DNA from: Oscillospiraceae bacterium
GTDB lineage: Bacteria; Bacillota; Clostridia; Oscillospirales; CAG-272
Assembly (NCBI GenBank): GCA_015063765.1
Contig: SVTN01000001.1
Span: 1 to 52,039, forward strand
Length of the DNA: 52,039 nt
Reading direction: 5' to 3'
In this document: piece after piece, positions 1 to 9,492 of the stretch
How positions within the stretch are numbered: position 1 is the first letter of the stretch
Layout of the letters: the number at the start of each line of letters is the position of its first letter
Translations under genes and position numbers: made by a program
The notes under the pieces: generated by a model
What the model was told of the DNA's origin: nothing
The model's database searches: none
What the model saw: the letters and a program-made list of their open reading frames with translations, nothing else

Positions 1-885
1 GCATTCCGTGGGAAGCGAAAGATCCTTTAAAATAGGAAGAAGACGGGCGCGGACGGCGGGCGCGCACATGGGAAGCATGCCGAGGGCAACGCATTCACCG
101 TGATAAAGCCCCGCTTCACGCGCGTCGTTCTTTTCGTCGTCAAAGCCTGCGAGCGTTTCGATGCCGTGCCCTACCGTGTGCCCGAAATTGAGAACGCGGC
201 GGAGCGAGCTTTCCTTTTCGTCCGCTTCGACGACCGCCTTTTTGATCTTGAGTGCGGCGAGGATGACCTCGTCAAGACGGGCACGCGCCTCGCCCTTTTC
301 AAAGAGGGCAAACAAGACTTCATCGTGCGTGCAGGACATCTTGAGTGCTTCGGTCAGTCCCGATGCGATCTGGCGCTCGGGAAGGGTTTTCAAAACGTCG
401 GGGTCGATCAAGACGGCTGTGGGGGGATAGAAGGCACCCACGCAATTCTTGATGCCGCCGAGATTGACGGCAACCTTTCCGCCAATGGAGGAATCCACCT
501 GGGAAAGAAGGGTAGTGGGAATGTTGTAAAAATCAATGCCGCGCATATAGGCGGAGGCGACGAAGCCCGCAAGGTCGCCGATCACGCCGCCGCCGACCGC
601 AACCACGCAGTCACGGCGGGTAAAGCCAGCCTCTAGCATCACACGGAGCAGCTTTTCAAAAACGGCAATGCTTTTGGTGCCTTCGCCCGAGGGAAGGGTG
701 ACGAGGGTGGGGGAAAGGGATGCCCTCGCGATCTCCTCGGCATACTCCGCGGGAACGCCCTCATCGGTCACGACAAGCACACGGCGGGAAAGATTTAAAA
801 GCGTGCTTGCATCCTTGATGGCACCGCGTGCGACGGTGATGGGATAACTGCCCTTGGATGTTTTTACGGTAAGCGTGCTTTGCAT
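1..885 (-). CDS. aroB: 3-dehydroquinate synthase, 3' end truncated by window edge
   Basis: Not in the ORF track because it runs off the left edge. My minus-strand translation from ATG at 885 reads MQSTLTVKTSKGSYPITV... It contains VAVGGGVIGDLAGFVASAYMRGIDF and SSIGGKVAVN, typical AroB motifs. GGAG lies 7-8 nt upstream. The 100..636 + ORF is its antisense shadow. Confidence 0.85.
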   Translation of the reverse strand, partial: MQSTLTVKTSKGSYPITVARGAIKDASTLLNLSRRVLVVTDEGVPAEYAEEIARASLSPTLVTLPSGEGTKSIAVFEKLLRVMLEAGFTRRDCVVAVGGGVIGDLAGFVASAYMRGIDFYNIPTTLLSQVDSSIGGKVAVNLGGIKNCVGAFYPPTAVLIDPDVLKTLPERQIASGLTEALKMSCTHDEVLFALFEKGEARARLDEVILAALKIKKAVVEADEKESSLRRVLNFGHTVGHGIETLAGFDDEKNDAREAGLYHGECVALGMLPMCAPAVRARLLPILKDLSLPTEC

Positions 886-922
886 GGCATGCTCCTTTTC
901 TTGACGGTGTTCCGTCGGGGTG

Positions 923-2029
923 TTATTTTAAAAGGGAAGAATCGGACTCGGTATAGGTGCCCGAAACCTTTAGCTTGTCGCAGAACTGACCGAGGGCGGC
1001 AAGCATAGCCTTGCCCTCGCCCGAATCGATATTGCCCTCTGCCTCGGCGTAGAAATAATATTTCCACATCAAGCCCTTCATCGGGCGGGAGCGAAGGGTT
1101 CGAAGGTTAAAGCCGAATTTACCGATGATGTCAAGCGCCTTGGCAAGCGAGCCTGCTTCATTGAGGACGGTGAAAACGAGAATGAAGCGACCTGCCGCTC
1201 CCGCATCCTTGGGAAGGGGATGGCGTGCACGGGTGAAGACGGCGAAGCGGGTGGTATTGCCCGCACTTTCGTTGATGGCGTGATCGGCAACCGAAAGTCC
1301 GTAAAGAGATGCGTTTTCCTCCGCACCGATGGCGGCGACGGTCGGGTCGCCCATCTCCTTGACGAGCTTTGCGGCAAGCGCGGTGTTTTCCATCGCGCGC
1401 GTTTCCCAGCCGTTTTTACGGATGTACTTCTCGCACTGCGAGAGCGCTTGGGGATGACTGACGACCGTTTTGATGCCCGCTACGTCAGCCCCCGGGAGAG
1501 TGAGCAGATTTTGGGTGACGGTGAGGTCATACATGCCCGACACCGAGAGCGAGCCGGAGAAGAGGAGGTCTGTGACCTGTGCGACCTCTCCCGCAAAGGA
1601 GTTTTCGATGGGCAGGACGGCGGCGTAGCACTCGCCGTTTTCTACCGCCTGATAAGCGGAAAGAAAGTCGGGATAGCCGATACGCTCACCCTCGGGAAAG
1701 ATGCGCCCTGCGGCGGTGTGCGCGAATGCGCCCTCGGTGCCGCTGTATGCGATACGGGTGCCCTCAAGCAAAAGGCTTTGGTAACTGCGGCAGACCGCCA
1801 TCAAGCCCTTTTGGAAGGTGACGTAATATTCCTTTAAGGATTCATCCTGAATGCAGGCGGCACCGCGTGCAATGACCGCCGCCTCACGTGCGGCGTCGAG
1901 AATGGGGAGCCCGTGCTCCTTTTTGTATGCCGCAACCTCACGCGCCGCGTACAGGCGCTCCTCGAAGAGCCTTGCCATTTCGCTGTCGACGCGATTGATG
2001 ATCTCTCTTGCTTTTTCCAAACGATCCAT
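923..2029 (-). CDS. pheA: bifunctional chorismate mutase / prephenate dehydratase
   Basis: 368 aa. N-terminal chorismate-mutase-like helix region, then a PDT domain (TRFAVF motif) and a C-terminal ACT-like region. AAGGAG SD precedes ATG 2029. Sits between an aminotransferase and aroB. Confidence 0.85.
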   Translation of the reverse strand: MDRLEKAREIINRVDSEMARLFEERLYAAREVAAYKKEHGLPILDAAREAAVIARGAACIQDESLKEYYVTFQKGLMAVCRSYQSLLLEGTRIAYSGTEGAFAHTAAGRIFPEGERIGYPDFLSAYQAVENGECYAAVLPIENSFAGEVAQVTDLLFSGSLSVSGMYDLTVTQNLLTLPGADVAGIKTVVSHPQALSQCEKYIRKNGWETRAMENTALAAKLVKEMGDPTVAAIGAEENASLYGLSVADHAINESAGNTTRFAVFTRARHPLPKDAGAAGRFILVFTVLNEAGSLAKALDIIGKFGFNLRTLRSRPMKGLMWKYYFYAEAEGNIDSGEGKAMLAALGQFCDKLKVSGTYTESDSSLLK

Positions 2030-2041
2030 GGAAATGCTCCT

Positions 2042-3229
2042 TTATAAACTGTATTCCTTAGCGAGTGCCGCGAAGGCGGGGAGGGAACGGCGAATTTGCT
2101 CGGTGGTGACACAGTAGGCGATGCGAACGTAGCCGGGGCAGGCAAAGTCGTCGCCCGGAACGAGCAGAAGCTCGTATTTCTTTGCGCGCTCGCAGAAGGC
2201 GTTGGCATCAGCCTCGGGGGATTTCATAAAGAGATAGAAGGCGCCGTCGGGCTTTTTGAGGGTAAAGCCGCTAGAAGACAGACCCTCGTAAAGCAGGTCG
2301 CGGTTCAGCTTGTAGGTCGCGAGATCCGAAACCATGCCGAGGCAGTGGGGAAGAAGCTTCTGGAAGAGGCTGGGGGCGCAAACGTAGCCGAGTGCGCGGC
2401 CTGCACCGCAAATGGCGGCGTATACAGCGTCATGCTCCTTCGCGGTGGGAGAAACGAGAACGTATCCGATGCGCTCACCGGGAAGGGAAAGCGACTTCGA
2501 GAAGGAATAGCAGACAAGGGTGTCGTCGTAATATTTTGTAACGTAGGGAACGGCGATGTCATCGTAGACCAGCTCGCGGTAGGGCTCGTCGGCAATGAGA
2601 TAGATCACGTGGCCGTATTTTTCTTCAGCCGCCGACAGGATCTCGGCAAGACGGATGATAGAAGCCTCCGAGATCACGGCGCCCGAGGGGTTGTTCGGAG
2701 AGTTGATGATCACGGCGGCGGTCTTCTCGGAAAGGGCATCCGCGAGTGCGTCAAAGTTGATCTCAAAATTCGTTTCGTCCGCGGGTACAATGCGGAGCGA
2801 CGCACCCGTTTGCTCGGTAAAGACGCGGTATTCGGGGAAGAAGGGAGCAAAGACCACGACCTCCTCCCCTGCGCCTGCTACAGCCGAAAGGCAGGCGGAA
2901 AGGGAAGCGGCGGCACCCACCGTCATATAAAGATCGGAAGGCTTTGCGCCGACATTATAGGTTTTGTTTAAGTATTCGGCAATGGAAGCGCGTACACCGA
3001 GGTCACCGGGCGCTGAGGTGTAGCCGTGCAAGGACACCGAGTCGCTTTCCTGTAGCATTTTGATCAGCGCCTCGCCTACCGCATCGGGGGCGGGAACGCT
3101 GGGATTTCCAAGGCTGAAATCGAAAACGTTTTCTGCGCCGATCTCCTTGCGGCGCGCGTTGCCGTATTCGAAGATCTCGCGGATGACGGAGCGTTTTTCA
3201 CCTAAGGCTTGCATTTTTTTGACGATCAT
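2042..3229 (-). CDS. PLP-dependent class I/II aminotransferase (aspartate/aromatic type)
   Basis: 395 aa with the SFSKSLSLPGERIGY PLP-lysine motif. AAGGAG SD. First gene of the aminotransferase-pheA-aroB operon. Confidence 0.85.
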   Translation of the reverse strand: MIVKKMQALGEKRSVIREIFEYGNARRKEIGAENVFDFSLGNPSVPAPDAVGEALIKMLQESDSVSLHGYTSAPGDLGVRASIAEYLNKTYNVGAKPSDLYMTVGAAASLSACLSAVAGAGEEVVVFAPFFPEYRVFTEQTGASLRIVPADETNFEINFDALADALSEKTAAVIINSPNNPSGAVISEASIIRLAEILSAAEEKYGHVIYLIADEPYRELVYDDIAVPYVTKYYDDTLVCYSFSKSLSLPGERIGYVLVSPTAKEHDAVYAAICGAGRALGYVCAPSLFQKLLPHCLGMVSDLATYKLNRDLLYEGLSSSGFTLKKPDGAFYLFMKSPEADANAFCERAKKYELLLVPGDDFACPGYVRIAYCVTTEQIRRSLPAFAALAKEYSL

Positions 3230-3247
3230 GGGGGATCTCCTTTCATG

Positions 3248-3262
3248 GTTAACATTGTTAAC
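3248..3262. promoter_or_regulatory. perfect 7-1-7 palindrome GTTAACA-N-TGTTAAC, candidate TetR operator
   Basis: The plus strand reads gttaacattgttaac. It lies between the -10 of the leftward promoter and the aminotransferase SD. A further GTTAAC half-site is at about 3413. Confidence 0.4.
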
Positions 3263-3276
3263 TTGTTACGAAAAGC

Positions 3277-3305
3277 ATTATACTACTTTTCAGGGTATTT
3301 GTCAA
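3277..3305 (-). promoter_or_regulatory. sigma-A promoter for the aminotransferase-pheA-aroB operon
   Basis: Minus strand TTGACA - 17 nt - TATAAT. Confidence 0.6.
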
Positions 3306-3334
3306 GGGTTTTTCCTGAAAAAGCCCGAAAAGAC

Positions 3335-3363
3335 TTGATTTTTTTGAAAAAAAGCAGTATAAT
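3335..3363 (+). promoter_or_regulatory. sigma-A promoter for the TetR gene
   Basis: TTGATT - 17 nt - TATAAT on the plus strand, back-to-back with the leftward promoter. Confidence 0.55.
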
Positions 3364-3437
3364 AGGGGTAAGAAAAGTATATTCGCACCGCTTCTTTTGC
3401 TTTTTTAGCGGTGTTAACCAAGAAAACGGAGAATACC

Positions 3438-4049
3438 ATGGCAAAGGAAAAAGAGATATTAGAGAGCTATGCTGACCTCATGGAGGGTGAGGAGCGGGTG
3501 CTTCCGCAGACCGAGCTTCGCGAGGAGCTTTTGCTTGCCGGCATTTCAGAGCTTGAGGCGAGAGGGCCGGGCGGCTTTTCTCTCCGCCGTGTGGCGGCGG
3601 CGTGCGGCGTGTCCTGTGCCGCGCCCTATAAACATTTTGCAAGCAAGGAAGCGTTTATTGCCGCTATTCTTTCTTACATTCATGAAAAATGGGATCTTTT
3701 GGAGTCCCACATTTGTACCGCGTTTCCAAAGCCGGGCACGGCGCGTCTCGCGGAGCTTTGTCTTGCGGATATTCGCTTTTGGCTTGGCAATCCCCATTTT
3801 CACACGGTGCATATGATGGAGAGAAAGTCGACGGGCGGCGCAACCCGTCTTGGCACGCGTGCGGAGGCCGAGCTTGCGGCGCTTTGTGCTGAGCGCGGTG
3901 CGGATCACGAAAGATGCGCGTATTTGCTCCGCTCTCTCGTCTACGGTGCCATCCTGATGCTAGAGGACGGAACGCTTGAAAACGGCGCTTCGACCTTCCG
4001 TATGCTACGCGCCGCCATTACCGATGCCATTCCCAAAGAAAAAGTATAG
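3438..4049 (+). CDS. TetR/AcrR family transcriptional regulator
   Basis: N-terminal HTH region (FSLRRVAAACGVSCAAPYKHFASKEAF). I prefer ATG 3438 (GGAG 8 nt upstream) over the track's GTG 3411. Confidence 0.8.
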   Translation: MAKEKEILESYADLMEGEERVLPQTELREELLLAGISELEARGPGGFSLRRVAAACGVSCAAPYKHFASKEAFIAAILSYIHEKWDLLESHICTAFPKPGTARLAELCLADIRFWLGNPHFHTVHMMERKSTGGATRLGTRAEAELAALCAERGADHERCAYLLRSLVYGAILMLEDGTLENGASTFRMLRAAITDAIPKEKV

Positions 4050-4161
4050 CACCAAACAGAGCGCACGGCATAAGATAGTAGTGTAAGGCGAAAGCCTTGC
4101 CGCTCCGTAGGAGTGAACGCCATCGGCGGCACTTTGCCGCTACAAATCTTGGAGGACTGCT

Positions 4162-4254
4162 ATGAACAACTGCCTTTGCCATCTCTTTGACGATAACTGC
4201 ACCTGGATCATCATTCTTGCACTCATCGTCGTATTCTGCTGCTGCTGCGGCTGA
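4162..4254 (+). CDS. 30-aa Cys-rich tiny membrane peptide (YjcZ-like tiny-TM class, inferred)
   Basis: Below the track's size cutoff. GGAGG lies 6 nt upstream of the ATG. Translation is MNNCLCHLFDDNCTWIIILALIVVFCCCCG*. A strong intrinsic terminator follows 16 nt after the stop. Confidence 0.55.
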   Translation: MNNCLCHLFDDNCTWIIILALIVVFCCCCG

Positions 4255-4269
4255 ACATAGGCTATGCGG

Positions 4270-4297
4270 AAAAAGGCTGTCGAAAGACAGCCTTTTT
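4270..4297 (+). terminator. rho-independent terminator
   Basis: GGCTGTC-GAAA-GACAGCC followed by TTTTT. Confidence 0.8.
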
Positions 4298-4388
4298 CAT
4301 TATTTTAAGCGAAAAACTTATAAAAGCCCTTGATTTTGTGTACGCTTTGTGATAAAATAGTGAGGATAAAAACTCCTCATGAAAGGAA

Positions 4389-5897
4389 ATGACAATGAGT
4401 ACAAAAAAACACAACGGCTTTGCTTCGAGCCTTGGCTTCGTGCTTGCCTCGGCAGGCTCGGCGGTCGGTCTCGGCAACATTTGGGGCTTCCCCTATAAAA
4501 CGGGCGCAAACGGCGGTGCCGCCTTCGTTCTCGTTTATATTTTGATGGCGCTTCTTCTCGGCATCGTGGGTATGACGGTGGAGATGTACGTCGGTAAGCG
4601 CGCGCAGGCAAACCCTGTGACCGCACTCAAAAAGATCAACCCGAAGCTTGGCTTTATCGGCTTGATCGCTGTCGTTGTCCCCTTCTTTATCATCTGCTAC
4701 TACTCGGTGCTTGGCGGATATACCCTGCGCGGTGTGATCTCCTCCTTCACGGATATCGGTAAGGATGCCGCGGCAGTTGGCGCGGGGCTTGGTAGCTTTA
4801 TGGCAAGTCCTTGGCTTCCTGCCCTTTGCACCTTCATTTTCCTTGGTCTTGCCGTCGTGATCATCATGGGCGGTGTGCAGAAGGGCATTGAAAAGGCATC
4901 CAAGGTGCTGATGCCCCTGCTTTTCATCATTTTGCTTGGCGTGATGGTTTATTGCCTTTGCCTTGGTGAAGGTGTGCGTGACGGCTTGAACTTCTATATT
5001 CTCAAGGCGGACTTTAAGGCGCTCGGCTTCAAGGGTGTCGCCGCCGCGATGGGACAGGTCTTCTTCTCGATGTCGCTCGGTATGGGCATCATGATCTCCT
5101 ACGGCTCTTATACGGGCAAGGAGATCAACCTCTTTAAGTCTGCGGTACAGATCAGCATCATTGATACCGTGATCGCTCTTATGGCGGGCTTTGCTATTTT
5201 TCCTGCTGCCTTCCACTACATGGAGGTCGCGGGCTTGACTGAGGCAGATGTTGGACTTGGCGGCTTCGCCCTCATGTTCCAAACCCTCCCCCTCGTCTTC
5301 AACTCTCTCGGCGTCGTAGGTGCGATCATCGGGGCATTTTTCTTCCTTATGGTTGGGATCGCCGCCATTACCTCCGTCGTGTCGCTCGTTGAGGTCGTGA
5401 CGCAGTTTGTCATTCAGAAATTTAAGATCAGCCGCAAGCTGGCAGCTGTCGTTCCCATGACGCTTGCGATGGTCGTTTCGGTGTTTGTTTCGCTTTCTCT
5501 CGGCGGACATTTCTCCGTCTTCAAATTCGATCTTCTCACCTTCTTCGACGAGATCACCAACACCGTGCTCATGCCCGTTTGCGCGTTCGCTGTTTGCGTT
5601 GCGGCAGGCTACGGCATTAAGAAAAAGGAAATGGCAGAGAATATCGTTCCCTCGAAGCCCGGTGTCGGTACGGTCGTTTCCTATATGGCACGCTTTGTCA
5701 CGCCGCTTCTTATCCTTGTCGTTGCGGTGTTCGGTGTCGTCAGCAACGTTTCCCAGAATGTGAACTACTACTTCGTGATCGCAGGCGCAGTTCTCCTTTC
5801 GGCGATTGCCGCGATCGTTTACTTCGCTTGCCGTCTTGACCGCTCGAACACCGGCTGCAACGCCGATGAGCTTGCGTCGATCGCCGACGAAGACTGA
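4389..5897 (+). CDS. sodium-dependent transporter, NSS (SNF) family
   Basis: GSAVGLGNIWGFPYKTGANGG signature and a multi-TM profile. Promoter TTGATT-17-TAAAAT lies upstream. The start could be the second ATG at 4395. Confidence 0.9.
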   Translation: MTMSTKKHNGFASSLGFVLASAGSAVGLGNIWGFPYKTGANGGAAFVLVYILMALLLGIVGMTVEMYVGKRAQANPVTALKKINPKLGFIGLIAVVVPFFIICYYSVLGGYTLRGVISSFTDIGKDAAAVGAGLGSFMASPWLPALCTFIFLGLAVVIIMGGVQKGIEKASKVLMPLLFIILLGVMVYCLCLGEGVRDGLNFYILKADFKALGFKGVAAAMGQVFFSMSLGMGIMISYGSYTGKEINLFKSAVQISIIDTVIALMAGFAIFPAAFHYMEVAGLTEADVGLGGFALMFQTLPLVFNSLGVVGAIIGAFFFLMVGIAAITSVVSLVEVVTQFVIQKFKISRKLAAVVPMTLAMVVSVFVSLSLGGHFSVFKFDLLTFFDEITNTVLMPVCAFAVCVAAGYGIKKKEMAENIVPSKPGVGTVVSYMARFVTPLLILVVAVFGVVSNVSQNVNYYFVIAGAVLLSAIAAIVYFACRLDRSNTGCNADELASIADED

Positions 5898-5909
5898 TTT
5901 TTGACTTCC

Positions 5910-5943
5910 TTGGGTGTGTCTATATGGCACACCCAACCTTTTT
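5910..5943 (+). terminator. rho-independent terminator
   Basis: TTGGGTGTG ... CACACCCAA followed by CCTTTTT. It overlaps the track's 5924 start, which argues for a later start for the next gene. Confidence 0.7.
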
Positions 5944-5956
5944 GAGAGGAGCTACG

Positions 5957-7699
<1,743 letters not shown>

Positions 7700-7702
7700 T
7701 CA

Positions 7703-7739
7703 AAAAGCCGCACGGTTTTCCGTGCGGCTTTCGCTTTTT
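7703..7739. terminator. bidirectional terminator between convergent genes
   Basis: AAGCCGCACGG-TTTT-CCGTGCGGCTT flanked by A and T runs. Confidence 0.8.
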
Positions 7740-7740
7740 A

Positions 7741-9411
7741 TTAGAACAAACCTGTAATTTTTCCGTCCTCGTCGACGTCGATCTTTTCTGCCGAGGGAAC
7801 CTTGGGAAGACCCGGCATGGTCATGACGTCGCCCGTTAAGACAACGAGGAAGCCGGCGCCTGCCGATACCTTGACGTTCTTCACGTTGACGGTGAAGCCC
7901 TCGGGCGCACCGAGAAGCGTCATGTTGTCCGAGAAGGAATACTGTGTCTTTGCCATGCAGATGGGGAGCTTATCAAAGCCGAGTGCGGTGAGCTCTGCGA
8001 TCTGCTTCTTGGCGTTCGGGGCGACTGCAATGCCGTCACCGCCGTAGATCTTTTTGACGAGCGTTTCGATGCGCTCTTCGATGGAGCCCTCAAGCTCGTA
8101 AGCATAGGTGAAGTCGCCCTTTTCCTCTTCACAAAGGCGAACGACCTCGCGTGCAAGCTCGACACCGCCTGCACCCCCCTCTGCCCAGACGTTCGAGAGA
8201 ACGACGTTGACGCCGAGGGCACGGCACTTGGCGATGATCGCCTCGACCTCAGCATCGGTGTCGGTGGGGAAGCGGTTGACCGCAACGACGGCGGGAAGCT
8301 TATAAACGTTCTTGATGTTGGAAACGTGGCGCAACAGGTTGGGAAGGCCCTTTTCGAGTGCCTCAAGATTTTCGTTGCCAAGCTCGGTCTTTGCAAGTCC
8401 TCCGTGCATCTTGAGTGCGCGGATGGTGGCGACGATAACGACTGCAGAGGGGGTTAAACCTGCCATGCGGCACTTGATGTCGAGGAACTTCTCGGCACCG
8501 AGATCGGCACCGAAGCCTGCCTCGGTAATGGCGTAATCGCCAAGACGGAGTGCCATACGGGTGGCGGTGATGGAGTTACAGCCGTGGGCAATGTTTGCGA
8601 AGGGACCGCCGTGCACGAATGCAGGCGTGCCTTCGAGGGTCTGTACGAGGTTGGGCTTGAGGGCATCCTTTAAGAGTGCCGCCATAGCACCGACTGCCTT
8701 CAGATCGCCTGCCGTGACGGGCTTGCCGTCAAAGGTGTAGCCGACGATAATGCGCGAAAGGCGCTCTTTGAGGTCGGTTATGGAGGTGGCAAGGCAGAAG
8801 ATCGCCATGATTTCAGACGCTACCGTGATATCAAAGCCGTCTTCACGCGGAATGCCGTTGGTGGGGCCGCCAAGACCGTCGGTCACAAAGCGAAGCTGTC
8901 GGTCGTTCATGTCTACACATCTTTTCCAAGTGATGCGGCGCTGGTCAATGCCGAGCGCGTTGCCCTGGTGGATGTGGTTGTCAAGCATCGCGGCGAGCAG
9001 GTTATTTGCCGCGCCGATGGCGTGGAAGTCACCCGTAAAATGCAGGTTGATGTCCTCCATGGGGACGACCTGCGCATAGCCGCCGCCTGCCGCACCGCCC
9101 TTGATACCGAACACGGGACCGAGAGAGGGCTCGCGGAGCGCGACCATGACGTTTTTGCCGATCTTGCGCATACCGTCGGCAAGACCGATGGTGGTGGTCG
9201 TTTTGCCTTCACCTGCGGGGGTAGGCGTGATGGCGGTCACAAGCACGAGCTTGCCGTCACGGCGTCCCTCCTCCTTCAAAATGGCGGTGTCGACCTTTGC
9301 CTTGTATTTTCCGTACTGCTCAAGGTATTTGTCATCAATGCCTGCTGCCTTCGCAATTTCGGTGATCGGGCGAAGGACGGCACTTTGTGCGATTTCAATA
9401 TCGGTCTTCAT
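7741..9411 (-). CDS. fhs: formate--tetrahydrofolate ligase
   Basis: 556 aa with [15 protein letters not shown] and a full-length FTHFS-like sequence. Confidence 0.95.
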   Translation of the reverse strand: MKTDIEIAQSAVLRPITEIAKAAGIDDKYLEQYGKYKAKVDTAILKEEGRRDGKLVLVTAITPTPAGEGKTTTTIGLADGMRKIGKNVMVALREPSLGPVFGIKGGAAGGGYAQVVPMEDINLHFTGDFHAIGAANNLLAAMLDNHIHQGNALGIDQRRITWKRCVDMNDRQLRFVTDGLGGPTNGIPREDGFDITVASEIMAIFCLATSITDLKERLSRIIVGYTFDGKPVTAGDLKAVGAMAALLKDALKPNLVQTLEGTPAFVHGGPFANIAHGCNSITATRMALRLGDYAITEAGFGADLGAEKFLDIKCRMAGLTPSAVVIVATIRALKMHGGLAKTELGNENLEALEKGLPNLLRHVSNIKNVYKLPAVVAVNRFPTDTDAEVEAIIAKCRALGVNVVLSNVWAEGGAGGVELAREVVRLCEEEKGDFTYAYELEGSIEERIETLVKKIYGGDGIAVAPNAKKQIAELTALGFDKLPICMAKTQYSFSDNMTLLGAPEGFTVNVKNVKVSAGAGFLVVLTGDVMTMPGLPKVPSAEKIDVDEDGKITGLF

Positions 9412-9447
9412 GATGCTCTCCTTTTATGATAATGTTGTAACAAAACT

Positions 9448-9476
9448 ATTCTACCAAAATGTTTTTGGTTTGTCAA
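9448..9476 (-). promoter_or_regulatory. sigma-A promoter for fhs
   Basis: Minus strand TTGACA - 17 nt - TAGAAT. Confidence 0.6.
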
Positions 9477-9492
9477 GGGATGAAGCAAACTA

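Noticed and set aside
100-636. 178-aa plus-strand ORF at the left edge.
   Set aside because: It is the antisense shadow of aroB. The minus strand gives a clean 3-dehydroquinate synthase sequence with the GGGVIGDLAGF motif.
5924-5956. Track start (5924) for the ABC exporter, and similarly extended starts for several other ORFs (3411, 11613, 11711, 12354, 15109, 21202, 27548, 29134, 31383, 45625, 46289).
   Set aside because: The extensions lack an SD, run through terminator hairpins, promoters or the THF riboswitch, or use non-ATG codons. In each case an internal ATG or GTG with a proper SD fits better.
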